Shown: positions 1-10,060, counted from the first letter of the stretch. The stretch is 64,000 nt of DNA from Porticoccaceae bacterium (GCA_045560535.1 JBJKZF010000002.1:10945-74944); one strand, 5' to 3'. Numbers and translations are program-made. Notes: generated by a model not told the origin, from the sequence alone.

Positions 1-1254
1 AGCTTCGAAGGAAATATCATCATTGATCTGAGCATTAATACCCAAGTTAACATCCATCAAACGATCATTAACGATGTTGTCACGAGTACCGATATCAGTC
101 CAACGGAAGTATCCTTGAACATCCTGTCCATATGGGTTCTTTGGATTTGACGCCAGCATTGTCCCATAAGCGGCAGGAGGCGCATAACGGCCGAACGACT
201 CGTTGTTAGACATTACTGCGTCAACGTAAACCTGAATATCATCATTAACATTGTAGTCCGCGCTCACAAATGAATTGATACGCTCGGTAGACGCTCTGTT
301 AGCAGAGACGTTGGCCCATGCATAACCACAGTAGAACCCTGTATCAGGTCCAAAGACCAAGTCAGCCTTCATTTCACCCACAAACGTTCCATCATCTACA
401 CAACCAGCACCTGGAGTAACATACCAGGAATCTTGATTAGTTGGATCGAATGCAAGTGACGAATCATAGTTAGGATTCAATAGAGTCGTAGCATAGAAAG
501 ATATACCCTCTGTCTCACCATAACCTGTGATGTATCCATCGCCATCCAAGTCAGAGTATCGAGCCTTAGTAAAATCACGATCTCTATCAAATACGGGATC
601 ACGCTGATCCATCTCGATACCAAATGTGACTGAGCCCTTGTCGCCCTGAGCACCTGTAAGCAGACTAAATCCATGCTCTGACCCGTCATCTTTAGAACGA
701 TCACCATAACGACCAGAAAGCTGGACACCGTCATAGCCACTCTTGAGAATAATGTTCACAACACCGGTTACCGCGTCCGAACCGTAAACAGCAGATGCGC
801 CGTCAGCAACGATGTCAATACGCTCAACGAAAGACATGGGTATAAGGTTAAGGTTAACTGATCCGCCACCACCTAAAGATGGTGAGCCAACGGTACGACG
901 ACCATTGATTAGAATCGCTGTCCGTGCAGCGCCAGCGCCACGCAAGTTAAACGTTGCGTTTGACTGAGCTGAACTACCAGATGATTCTCTGAACGAACCA
1001 AGTGAGTTGAGTGTTGAAGATCGAAGTGCATCAGCGACTGTAACCTCACCTGTCAGCTTCATGTCAGCAGCGGTGATCGACACGACATACTGAGATTCAG
1101 TGTTCGTTGTACGTTTGATTTTCGAACCGGTAATAACAACCTCTTCGACTTCTACATCATTTGCATCTTGTGCAAATGCAGGCATAGCTACACTGACGAG
1201 CAAAGAAGCCCCTAGCGCTGCCCTAATTGCATTAGATAATGGTGCAATTTTCAT
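1..1254 (-). CDS. TonB-dependent outer-membrane receptor, N-terminal ~418 codons (gene runs off the left edge)
   Basis: Absent from the ORF track because it has no stop in the window. The reverse strand has ATG at 1254-1252, then MKIAPLSNAIRAALGASLLVSVAMPAFAQ (signal peptide), an EEVVITGS TonB-box-like segment and a plug-domain motif. I hand-translated 1-120 and the frame is still open (..GYFRWTDIGTRDNIVNDRLMDVNLGINAQINDDISFEA). That stretch is colinear with the + strand paralog. Confidence 0.85.
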   Translation of the reverse strand, partial: MKIAPLSNAIRAALGASLLVSVAMPAFAQDANDVEVEEVVITGSKIKRTTNTESQYVVSITAADMKLTGEVTVADALRSSTLNSLGSFRESSGSSAQSNATFNLRGAGAARTAILINGRRTVGSPSLGGGGSVNLNLIPMSFVERIDIVADGASAVYGSDAVTGVVNIILKSGYDGVQLSGRYGDRSKDDGSEHGFSLLTGAQGDKGSVTFGIEMDQRDPVFDRDRDFTKARYSDLDGDGYITGYGETEGISFYATTLLNPNYDSSLAFDPTNQDSWYVTPGAGCVDDGTFVGEMKADLVFGPDTGFYCGYAWANVSANRASTERINSFVSADYNVNDDIQVYVDAVMSNNESFGRYAPPAAYGTMLASNPKNPYGQDVQGYFRWTDIGTRDNIVNDRLMDVNLGINAQINDDISFEA

Positions 1255-1283
1255 TTTTTTCTCCCGAGATTAAAATTTAACAA
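1..1283. repeat. Left arm of a large imperfect inverted repeat (partner 1793..3075); 1109..1283 is the perfect core
   Basis: The reverse complement of 1109..1283 equals 1793..1967 base for base (175 bp, checked by hand). Positions pair as x+y=3076 all the way to position 1, so there is no net indel. Identity falls to about 88% at 1021-1080 and about 80% at 1-75. Confidence 0.9.
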
Positions 1284-1792
1284 ATCACATCGCTTTGCTT
1301 GAGCAAAACGAGTAATACTTTTGGACAGCTGTATCGCTCATTTGGGCGCTGATTGCCTCTAAAAAAGCAATTCACACCTTAAACTGCCAATACATAGCTG
1401 TCTAACCGGCAAATAGTACCCTAAATTTTAACCAAATAAACTAATTTTTCGATGTTTTTATGTATTTAATAATAGATATATTTTATATGCATAATTGCAC
1501 TAATATGGTGATTTTAACCTATTAAATAGCATTTTTAACCTATAATATATTATATATTATTACATAACTATATGTAATTTATGCATTTATTAACCATTAT
1601 TAATTCACTTATAAATAGCACTAATTTGGTGCAAAACGATGCATTAGCAGAAAATTAGGTGTAATATTCAGCCAAGGGGTGGTTTTTTCCATCGATTTTG
1701 TGTGCTCATTTCTAATTTTTATCGAGAAACGCACGCTAATAAGTGAATACCGCCAATAAGAAGCGTTCGTTTTACGAACGCCAAAAAGTAAG
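1284..1792. promoter_or_regulatory. 509-bp AT-rich divergent control region between the two receptor genes
   Basis: Non-coding spacer between the inverted arms. I counted 31 G/C in the 180 nt at 1441-1620 (about 17%). Repeated motifs: gcactaatWtggtg at 1497-1510 and 1618-1631; WttttaACC at 1425-1433, 1511-1519 and 1532-1540; aaatagca at 1524-1531 and 1613-1620; several atgcat palindromes. Confidence 0.5.
1763..1781 (+). promoter_or_regulatory. Hairpin (8-bp perfect stem gcgttcgt/acgaacgc, 3-nt loop) about 40 nt upstream of the right-hand receptor start
   Basis: Read directly from the sequence. It lies outside the inverted repeat, so it is specific to the + strand copy. No T-run follows, so it is not an obvious terminator. 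Confidence 0.3.
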
Positions 1793-3075
1793 TTGTTAAA
1801 TTTTAATCTCGGGAGAAAAAAATGAAAATTGCACCATTATCTAATGCAATTAGGGCAGCGCTAGGGGCTTCTTTGCTCGTCAGTGTAGCTATGCCTGCAT
1901 TTGCACAAGATGCAAATGATGTAGAAGTCGAAGAGGTTGTTATTACCGGTTCGAAAATCAAACGTACGACGAACACTGAATCTCAGTACGTTGTTTCGAT
2001 TACCGCCGCTGACATGAAGCTGACAGGCGAAGTTTCTGTTGCTGATGCACTTCGATCTTCAACACTCAACTCACTTGGTTCGTTCAGGGAATCATCTGGT
2101 AGTTCGGCTCAGTCAAACGCAACGTTTAACTTGCGTGGCGCTGGCGCTGCACGGACAGCGATTCTAATCAATGGTCGTCGTACCGTTGGCTCACCATCGT
2201 TAGGTGGTGGCGGATCAGTTAACCTTAACCTTATACCCATGTCTTTCGTTGAGCGTATTGACATCGTTGCTGATGGCGCATCTGCTGTTTATGGTTCGGA
2301 CGCGGTAACTGGTGTTGTCAACGTTATCTTGAAAAAGGGTTACGACGGCGTCCAGCTTTCTGGTCGTTATGGTGATCGTTCTAAAGATGACGGGTCAGAG
2401 CATGGCTTTAATCTTCTAGTAGGTGCTCAGGGCGACAAGGGCTCAGTCACATTTGGTTTAGAGATGGATAAGCGTGACGCGGTATTTGATAAAGATCGTG
2501 ACTTCACTGCAGCTCGGTACTCTGACTTGGATGGTGATGGATACATCACAGGTTATGCTGAGACAGAGGGTATATCTTTCTATGCTACCTCTTTAATCAA
2601 CCCTAACTATGATTCAGCAATACCTTACAGCGAGGATGATCCATCGTCTTGGTATGTTCACCCTGGTAACAACTGTGTAGATGATGGCGCCTTCCAAGGA
2701 CCAATGAAGTCTGATCTAGTGTTTGGACCTGATACTGGTTTCTACTGTGGTTATGCGTATGCCAACGTCTCTGCAAACAGAGCATCCATGGAGCGTATCA
2801 ACTCATTCGTGAGCGCGGACTACAATGTCAACGATGACGTTGAAGTTTATGTTGATGCGATCATATCGAATAACGAGTCGTTCGGTCGTTATGCGCCTCC
2901 AGCTGCTCCAGGAACGATGCTGGCTGCAAATCCAAAGAACCCGTATGGTCAGGATGTTAGTGGATACTTCCGATGGACTGATATCGGTACTCGTGACAAC
3001 GTTGTAAATGATACGCTGATTGACGTTAACCTCGGTGTTAATGCTCAGATCAATGATGATCTATCCTTCGAAGCG
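1793..3075. repeat. Right arm of the inverted repeat (partner 1..1283); 1793..1967 is the perfect core
   Basis: Same evidence as the left arm. The core covers 29 nt upstream (including the gggag SD), the ATG at 1822 and the first 146 nt of coding sequence. Confidence 0.9.
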
Positions 3076-4429
3076 TACTACACCTACTCCGATATTACAA
3101 GTCCACTTCAATTGGTAAGTACTACCTGAGCTACGGTGGTTTTGCTGAGAACGTACTATCTGAAGTAACAGATCTCAGATCAGTACGAACGCCAACCTAA
3201 AGCACACCACGTTGAATGATGATCGCATGAACATGCAGAAAATCGCAGCGGGTATGCAGTGGAACATGTTCGAAATGGCCGGTGGTACAGCGTCAACTTA
3301 CTTCGGTGTTGAGACATTTGATGTCAACTACCGAGCCGATGTTGATGCTCAGTCTGAAGCTGGCTTAGTGGGTGGTTCTGCAGGTAACTCTGCACAGGGA
3401 TCTAGAAGCGTGAACGCTGTCATGGCCGAAGCAATTCTTCCTGTCACTGATTACCTAGAAGTTGATCTTGCTGTTCGTTACGATAACTACGATGACTTCG
3501 GCAGCGAAGTTTCTCCTCGAGTTGGAGCAACTTTCACCATGATCGATAATCTTGTAGTTAAGGCGTCTTACGGTCAAGGGTTCCGTGCACCAGATCTTTC
3601 AGATCTTTACGGCGCAACGTCCTTCTCAGCTGAGAGTGCAAAAGACTACTACGGTTGTTCTCTTGATGGAGTCTCTGAAGCAGATTGTCCAGATCGACAG
3701 TTTGATACCTACATCGGTTCAAACCCAGATCTAATGGCTGAAACTTCTGAGACGATGTCATTTGGCCTTGAATACACTTACGACAACAACTGGGTAGCCA
3801 AAGTGAACTACGTCACTCTAGAGCTACAAAGTGCTGTTGAATATGTATCTGCGCAGGACATGCTGAACGTTGATCGAAATACAGGTGGTAATAATCCACA
3901 GGTAGATCGTAACTCTCTTGGTGCTGTTACAGAGATCAGAGCTGGATACCAGAATGCTGTGAATGATGTGCAACGCCAGTCAGTTGACCTCGCGTTAGAC
4001 GGAACCATACACGAGTCGGATGACTACGGTACGTTTGGCTTTAGAGGTGAGGCGACTAAGTATCTGAAGTTTGAGACAGAGACTGAGTTCGGTTCTGGTA
4101 TCTTGGGTGATGCGGTTGATACTCTAGGATTCCCTGAGTGGCGATCAAGTGCCCTTATCAGCTGGACAATGGGTAATTGGGGAGCTAACATCAGCACATC
4201 ATATATTGGTGAGTCTGAGAGTGGTTCAGGTGAAGTTAAGTGGGATTCGTGGAAAGAGCACAACCTCAACGTTTCTTACAACTTCAACGAGCTTGGAGAA
4301 GTTACTCTAGGTGCTAATAACCTAACGAACGAAGATCCTCTTCTTGATTCGTCAGGTTCAATGGCAGATGAGTATCAGTACCCGATCCTCGGTCGTGTTA
4401 TCTATCTAGACTACACGATAGAATTATAA
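1822..4429 (+). pseudogene. TonB-dependent receptor with a broken reading frame (ORFs 1822..3129 and 3212..4429)
   Basis: The 435-aa ORF carries the signal peptide, plug and early barrel. The 405-aa ORF carries the rest of the barrel. Together they give a normal receptor length. Between 3095 and 3200 the protein-like reading moves from frame 1 to frame 3 (KSTSIGKYYLSYGGFAENVLSEVTDL) to frame 2. Confidence 0.7.
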
Positions 4430-4453
4430 GGTAGATACTTACCAAGTAGTTCA

Positions 4454-4482
4454 AGAGCCCGCTTATGCGGGCTCTTTTTTTT
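4454..4482 (+). terminator. Rho-independent terminator after the receptor gene
   Basis: agagcccgc-ttat-gcgggctct stem-loop followed by a run of eight T. Confidence 0.8.
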
Positions 4483-4493
4483 GGGGGCAAAAA

Positions 4494-5429
4494 ATGGAAG
4501 CATGGGGTAACTTTTGGCAGAAAGGTCATAGCACCACCTTCGGTGAATACTTTGCTGATGGCTACACCAATGGATATATCGCAGATTGGTGGAAACAAAT
4601 TTTAAGCTCTTACGCCGGCGATAAATTGCAAATACTTGAGATTGGTTGCGGCAATGCATCACTACTACCCGCCACACTAGACTTAGGTATTAACGGAAAT
4701 TACTCAGGTGTTGATGCCGCTGACGTAAAGCTCTCCTCTGCGGTAGAGAAACGTCTTAATGAAAAAATATCCGTCTCGCTGACAGGAAATACAAAAATTG
4801 AAGACTACCAACCTGATGACAAGTTTAACTTAATCGCCTCAGTTTACGGCGTTGAATACTCAAATTTGTCATTATCTCTCCCACTGTTAAAGAATATGCT
4901 GATGCACGATGGCCGAGTTAACTTCCTTATGCATCACTCAGGTTCGGTGATTACGCAAATGTCTCAAAAGGCGCTGGGAGAGTTTGATTTTGATCTTATG
5001 AAATCGGTGATCAATAACTTGGAGATTATCAACTCCGAGCTCAATAAGCTGCACGGTAAATTGCCAAAATTACAAAAATCCAAGGTAGCTGAGACAGCCC
5101 GTGAAAATGTAAATACAGCTCTAGGAAGCATAATGAACAAGCCACCAAGCAGTCGCAACCCTATCCTGGTAGACTTTTCGGTGGCAACGCTAGGCTTCTT
5201 TAAAATAATTCAGCAGTCAAAATCTGATCGGAAAGATTATCTAGATTCAATACTGCCGGACTTTTACTCATCAAAAGAGCGTTTCTCTCAGATGGTGAAT
5301 GTAGCTCGAGATGAGCAGGAAATAAAAACTTTTGAAAAAAATATGGTAGATGCTGGATTCTCTGAGGTTATAATCGAGTCAATGGATAAAGATGAGAAAC
5401 CAGTAGCATGGAAAATTACCGCAAGCTAG
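4494..5429 (+). CDS. Class I SAM-dependent methyltransferase
   Basis: ILEIGCGNA glycine-rich motif I about 45 aa from the N-terminus, and no signal peptide. Substrate unknown. Confidence 0.6.
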   Translation: MEAWGNFWQKGHSTTFGEYFADGYTNGYIADWWKQILSSYAGDKLQILEIGCGNASLLPATLDLGINGNYSGVDAADVKLSSAVEKRLNEKISVSLTGNTKIEDYQPDDKFNLIASVYGVEYSNLSLSLPLLKNMLMHDGRVNFLMHHSGSVITQMSQKALGEFDFDLMKSVINNLEIINSELNKLHGKLPKLQKSKVAETARENVNTALGSIMNKPPSSRNPILVDFSVATLGFFKIIQQSKSDRKDYLDSILPDFYSSKERFSQMVNVARDEQEIKTFEKNMVDAGFSEVIIESMDKDEKPVAWKITAS

Positions 5430-5935
5430 TTCTTCTTGCCAGTACGATGATACTCACCAACATGGCGAATGGGGCAGATGTTAGTGATTGCCTTGAGATT
5501 AACAACAACAAAGATAGATTAAAGTGCTACGACAAAGCTTATAACTTTGTACCCTCCAGTGACACTACGTCCTTGGACCTTGAAATTCAAACAATTCGCT
5601 CAGTGGAACGTCCATCTGCAATTGTCGAAGAAAAGCCAAAAGTTAAGGCGGTAGTGCCCTCTGATACAAAAACTCTTACGGCCGCGCAAGATGCATACGA
5701 CAAGGTTATTGCAAACTCGCAGACGCTAAAAATTACCGGTGTTAGTCAGTCAAGGTCACGTAAAACCTACTACTTCACAGATTCAGGCCGAGTATTCCTA
5801 AAGAATACCGACCGGAGAGCTACCTTTAAAGAGAACGACAGTGTAACCCTAGAGCTTGGATTTTTAGGGTCACTGTTTATGACAAATCAGGACGATGTTA
5901 GAATTAAGGTTAAGGAAATGAAGGTTAAGGACTGA
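5408..5935 (+). CDS. Exported hypothetical protein
   Basis: N-terminal signal peptide (..LTNMANGADV) followed by a C-x9-RLKCYD motif common in periplasmic proteins of unknown function. The start overlaps the methyltransferase by 22 nt. Confidence 0.5.
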   Translation: MENYRKLVLLASTMILTNMANGADVSDCLEINNNKDRLKCYDKAYNFVPSSDTTSLDLEIQTIRSVERPSAIVEEKPKVKAVVPSDTKTLTAAQDAYDKVIANSQTLKITGVSQSRSRKTYYFTDSGRVFLKNTDRRATFKENDSVTLELGFLGSLFMTNQDDVRIKVKEMKVKD

Positions 5936-6018
5936 CTAGGTTTTTCTTCCCAAACAAGTTTCACGGAATATAGTTGTCGGCTTAGCTATAATTAAGATAC
6001 AGATCGGAGATATCATTA

Positions 6019-8031
6019 ATGAAGAAATTACGACCAAACTTAAAACTCGGGCTAGGTTCTGCAATAGCATTATTTATAGCTTTATTTAGCTCTAGCGTCC
6101 TTGCAGCGCTGCCACCAGCAGCTCAGACCATTCTTGAGGGATTAAGACCAGAATTCTCCAGTACTCAAGTTTCTCCATCTGGTAAATATATTAGCACTAT
6201 CCTTCGACGAGATAATCGCAACACATTAGTCATCCTTGATCGAAAAACGGGTGCTCCAATTCCAGGCAAGAGTATCCGATATGATAAAAAGGACTTCATG
6301 GAGGTACGTGGTGGGCAGTGGCTTGCGGGAGATATCTTTGCTTATCAGGTGTTAATTGAAGACCTAAAAGAGCGCGCTGGTCGATCAAGCGATATGTTTT
6401 TATTGCATATGGACAAAGATGTAAATGAGAGAGTCTGGAGCTCATCAGGTAATTTTATCAAGGGACGCAGTGGCGATAGAATTGCTGGCTCTTTAAATAT
6501 TATATCTACCCTACAGTACGACCAAGAAAGAGTTCTTGTCAGTGTCTACCCTTGGAAGAGAAGAGATGGGGGTGTGAGGCCAGTTGTTTATACTATGCAG
6601 CTTGCGACTGGTAACTTCAGAAAAGTTACCGTAGGGCCAGGTCGTGGGGCACAAATACGCTCAAATAGAACGGGAACCATGCTCATGGCCCGTGTACCTA
6701 AACCAGGACTCACCACAGAACACTTCTATTACGATCGCTCAAAAGATGAGCCAGAATGGCAGAAAATATCCCTCAACTTCCCGGGGATATCTGATTTAAG
6801 ACATATCACAAATGACGGGAAATATGTGTATGGCGTAACACAATTGGAAAAAGGTATTAATGCTCCACAACATCTGATTAAAGTTTCTATAGAGTCTCAG
6901 GAGATTGAGTCAGTGCATAATTTTGGCTTTGCCTCTGATATAGCTGTCCAGTTTGATGTAGACGGAGAACTTATGTTCGCGAAATGGACTGATGATGGGT
7001 ATAAGTCGAAAGTTTTTCAGAGTTCCACCGCTACCAAGGTTATTGCTGGCTTTGAGAAAGGATTTCCAGGTTTTAATGTGTCCTTAACGGGAATGGATGA
7101 TAGTTCTGAAAATCTTACAATTTGGGTAGGCTCAACTAGCGTAAGAGGAGAGTTCTACGTATGGGAAAAGGAGAACGGTGGTGCAAGATATCTCTTTAGC
7201 TCTCAGGAGAAAGTCGACCAACTTGGTTTAAATCCACTACAGTCGGTTAAATATGAAACAAGCGATGGTGCAATGCTGCAGGGGTGGTTGCTCATGCCTC
7301 GGTCAGGTAAGCCGAAGGCGCTGATCAACAACATACATGGTGGTCCTCATGGGCCTTACAATGAATATAGTTTCAATGCTGAAATGCAGATACTGTCAGA
7401 GATGGGTTATGCCGTCTTCGCACCAAATTTTCGTGGGTCCGGTGGGTATGGATATAACTTAGAAAAATCCGGTTATAAAAAATGGGGCACACGAATGCTG
7501 GATGATATGCGTGAGGGTGCAGAATATGTTCAGAAAAACTATGAAGTTGGCGATAAAGTTTATACCTATGGCGGAAGCTACGGTGGCTACTCCAGCGCGC
7601 ACAACGTAGTTAGACATAACGACTACTACGACTGTAGCGTTATTATGGCTGGTTTCTTTGAATTTGATGAGCTAAAGGAGACCTGGGATGGCAGGCGTGG
7701 CGCATTCACTCCTGACTACACTAGCACCGCAATGGGTACCGATCCAGTGGCACTGAGATCTATGTCTCCCATTCATAATCTAGATAAAGTTAAGGTCCCT
7801 CTATTGATTATTCATGGCAAGTCGGATGCAAGAACTCCGCTTGCAGGAGCAAAAAAATACGTTAAAGCTCTCAAAAAGACTGACATCGATTTCAAGCATT
7901 ACTTCTACACGGATGAAGGGCATGGGATGTATTTCGATGACAATCGACAGGATCAGTTTGAAAAAGTGCAGAAGTTTTTAACCAAGTGTGATGCTCGTGC
8001 ACCGCTCAATCCAGCCCTCGCGTCTCGTTAA
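6019..8031 (+). CDS. S9 family serine peptidase (prolyl oligopeptidase / dipeptidyl-peptidase type), exported
   Basis: Signal peptide. C-terminal alpha/beta-hydrolase domain with the GGSYGGY nucleophile elbow, HGKSDARTP (Asp) and DEGHG (His). Confidence 0.8.
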   Translation: MKKLRPNLKLGLGSAIALFIALFSSSVLAALPPAAQTILEGLRPEFSSTQVSPSGKYISTILRRDNRNTLVILDRKTGAPIPGKSIRYDKKDFMEVRGGQWLAGDIFAYQVLIEDLKERAGRSSDMFLLHMDKDVNERVWSSSGNFIKGRSGDRIAGSLNIISTLQYDQERVLVSVYPWKRRDGGVRPVVYTMQLATGNFRKVTVGPGRGAQIRSNRTGTMLMARVPKPGLTTEHFYYDRSKDEPEWQKISLNFPGISDLRHITNDGKYVYGVTQLEKGINAPQHLIKVSIESQEIESVHNFGFASDIAVQFDVDGELMFAKWTDDGYKSKVFQSSTATKVIAGFEKGFPGFNVSLTGMDDSSENLTIWVGSTSVRGEFYVWEKENGGARYLFSSQEKVDQLGLNPLQSVKYETSDGAMLQGWLLMPRSGKPKALINNIHGGPHGPYNEYSFNAEMQILSEMGYAVFAPNFRGSGGYGYNLEKSGYKKWGTRMLDDMREGAEYVQKNYEVGDKVYTYGGSYGGYSSAHNVVRHNDYYDCSVIMAGFFEFDELKETWDGRRGAFTPDYTSTAMGTDPVALRSMSPIHNLDKVKVPLLIIHGKSDARTPLAGAKKYVKALKKTDIDFKHYFYTDEGHGMYFDDNRQDQFEKVQKFLTKCDARAPLNPALASR

Positions 8032-8043
8032 ACTGTAAAATGC

Positions 8044-8070
8044 AAAAAGCCCTCTCACGAGGGCTTTTTT
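8044..8070. terminator. Bidirectional terminator between convergent genes
   Basis: aaaaa-gccctc-tcac-gagggc-tttttt: a perfect 6-bp GC-rich stem flanked by an A-run and a T-run. Confidence 0.75.
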
Positions 8071-8091
8071 GTTTATATCATTGCTCAGCCT

Positions 8092-9913
8092 TTACTGGCC
8101 AAAAGAGCTTATCCAAGAGATCACAGATTCCTCCAATATCTCCAGAGGCATTGCTCCATTCATCAAAATCATTTCATGGAACTCTCTAATATCAAACTGA
8201 TCTCCCAACTCCTCCTCGGCCATGGAGCGCAGTCTTAACATATATATCTGCCCCACTTTATAGGCAGTGGCCTGGCCAGGCCAAACGACGTATCGCTCTA
8301 TTTCTCGCGTCACCTCCGCCTCTGTCATACCAGTCTTATTCAGCATGTAATCAATCGCCCGTTCCCTACTCCAGCGCTTGGAGTGCATGCCTGTATCCAC
8401 AACAAGACGCACCGCTCGAAACATTTCAGCTTGAAGTCTCCCCAAATTCCCTAAGGGGTAATCCTCATACATCCCCATGTCCTCAGCTGCAATACGCTCT
8501 GAATAAAGCGCCCAACCCTCTGCATAGGAGCTGAAGGGACTCACCTTTCTTAGAAAAGGGACATTTTCTACCAATTGGGCTGCAGATAATTGAAAATGGT
8601 GACCGGGAGAGCCCTCATGGTACATCAGAGTAGGTAAAGTCCATCTTGGATTATCTCTGGTATCCTTCTGATTAATATAGAAGCGGCCTGGTGCCGATCC
8701 ATCAAGAGCCGGAGGCCGGTAGTATCCGCCTGGCGCTGAATTTTCAGCATAGGTTGGAACGCGAAGTATCTCTAATGGTTGTGGAGGGATCGTTATAAAG
8801 AAATCAGAAATGTTCTCCATAATCTGATCATTAACCTGATGAAGATAGTCGATTTGTTCCAATCTACCCTCATCAGTATTAGGGAAATTATGCTCTGGTA
8901 ACTCCATCAGCTGCCTAATTCTGGAGACTAAACTTCCTTCCGAATATCCCTCAGATTCGAGAATTTTCTGCATTTCAATTTCAATACGATCCACTTCGGA
9001 TAGACCAATATTGTGAATTTCATCTGCAGACAATGTCGTAGAGTTATTTGATTGAAGTGCATTACGATAAATCTGATCACCTTCTGGCAATCGCCATATA
9101 CCCGCATCATGATTGGTATCATCCAGCAAAGACTCAAATATAGATATCATATCTTCATACATGGGTATTATTTTTGTCTCAACAGCCACCGTGACCTGCC
9201 TGTACAGATCAGTTCGCATCTCATCAGAAATTGTGTCAATTTTTTCTATTTTTTCAGGAAGGGTTGTTACGAGCGGGTTTGCCTCAGCTCCCTCACTAAT
9301 GAAGGCACGCATGCCAGTGAGCGCCTTCTCGATGATAAAGTCAGGCGGAACTACTCCATTATCACGATCATCTAACACACGAACCTTTGTCTCTCCAATG
9401 ACTCTAGAGAACTCATTGAGTCTTTCAACATAACGCCTAAAACTTTTTTCATCCTCGATAACATGGCTGTCGGTTAGAAACTGCGGGGTATTAACCATGA
9501 CTCCAGAGATTTGGTTAACGCGATACCCACTATGTTCAACCTCACTTTGGCGAATGATGTCGTCAAAGAACCAAGCGACGATTTTCCAGCTCAGAAGCTC
9601 CTGCCCCTGCAAGTCCCTTCTGGGCCATAATCATCTAGGCCCCTCCGACTCTCCCGCAGAGAACTCAAGATCCTCCAACTCAGAATCTCTTATCATAACT
9701 ACCCAGCTTTCCACTGTGAAAATCCAGTGGCGTGTTATCAATAACACCAAGCGATGTCAGCAGTTCAGGCGACCGCAGGAGTAGCTGCAGCGAGACCTTA
9801 TTGACGTAGTTGTTAACACCTACAGGGGTAGCCCAAAACCAAAAATAACCTCCAATCCCAACAGAAACTACCAGTAAGATCAGAAATGTCGAGAGTTTCT
9901 TAATCATTGCCAT
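8092..9913 (-). pseudogene. DUF885 family protein (metallopeptidase-like HExxGH), frame broken near the N-terminus
   Basis: The 506-aa ORF (8092..9612) has HEGSPGHHFQ and DUF885-like overall length. The 77-aa ORF (9680..9913) supplies a membrane anchor and the usual N-terminal region in another frame. The two are joined only through a frameshift plus an in-frame TGA (9633-9631), or through two frameshifts. Confidence 0.65.
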
Positions 9914-10060
9914 TTAAAAAAATACTGCCGTCTGCTGAGAGGATGTTTAGTCTCTGCGCTCGAGTCGGTAATCTCCATATTAATTCGATCAATCAAAGCT
10001 TTTATGCGACGAGCTGGTTACTGAGAGCCTCTTACTACAGAAACATGCTGAAAGTAACTA

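Noticed and set aside
477-740. 87-aa ORF on the - strand, along with many other listed 60-135-aa ORFs lying inside or antisense to larger genes (e.g. 2603-2785, 10419-10775, 14892-15293, 17793-18167, 26709-27077, 38662-38976, 51669-52076, 58559-58921)
   Set aside because: Each lies wholly within a longer ORF that has clear family motifs. The translations are low-complexity or Cys/Arg/Ser-rich in the way out-of-frame and antisense reads are. None has an SD or independent support.
9631-9633. The in-frame TGA in the DUF885 gene as a selenocysteine codon (selD is present in the window)
   Set aside because: There is no redox-type Cys/Sec context and no obvious stem-loop immediately downstream. 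The gene is also frameshifted about 50 nt away. Here selD is paired with selU (the tRNA selenouridine trait), and no selA or selB is visible.
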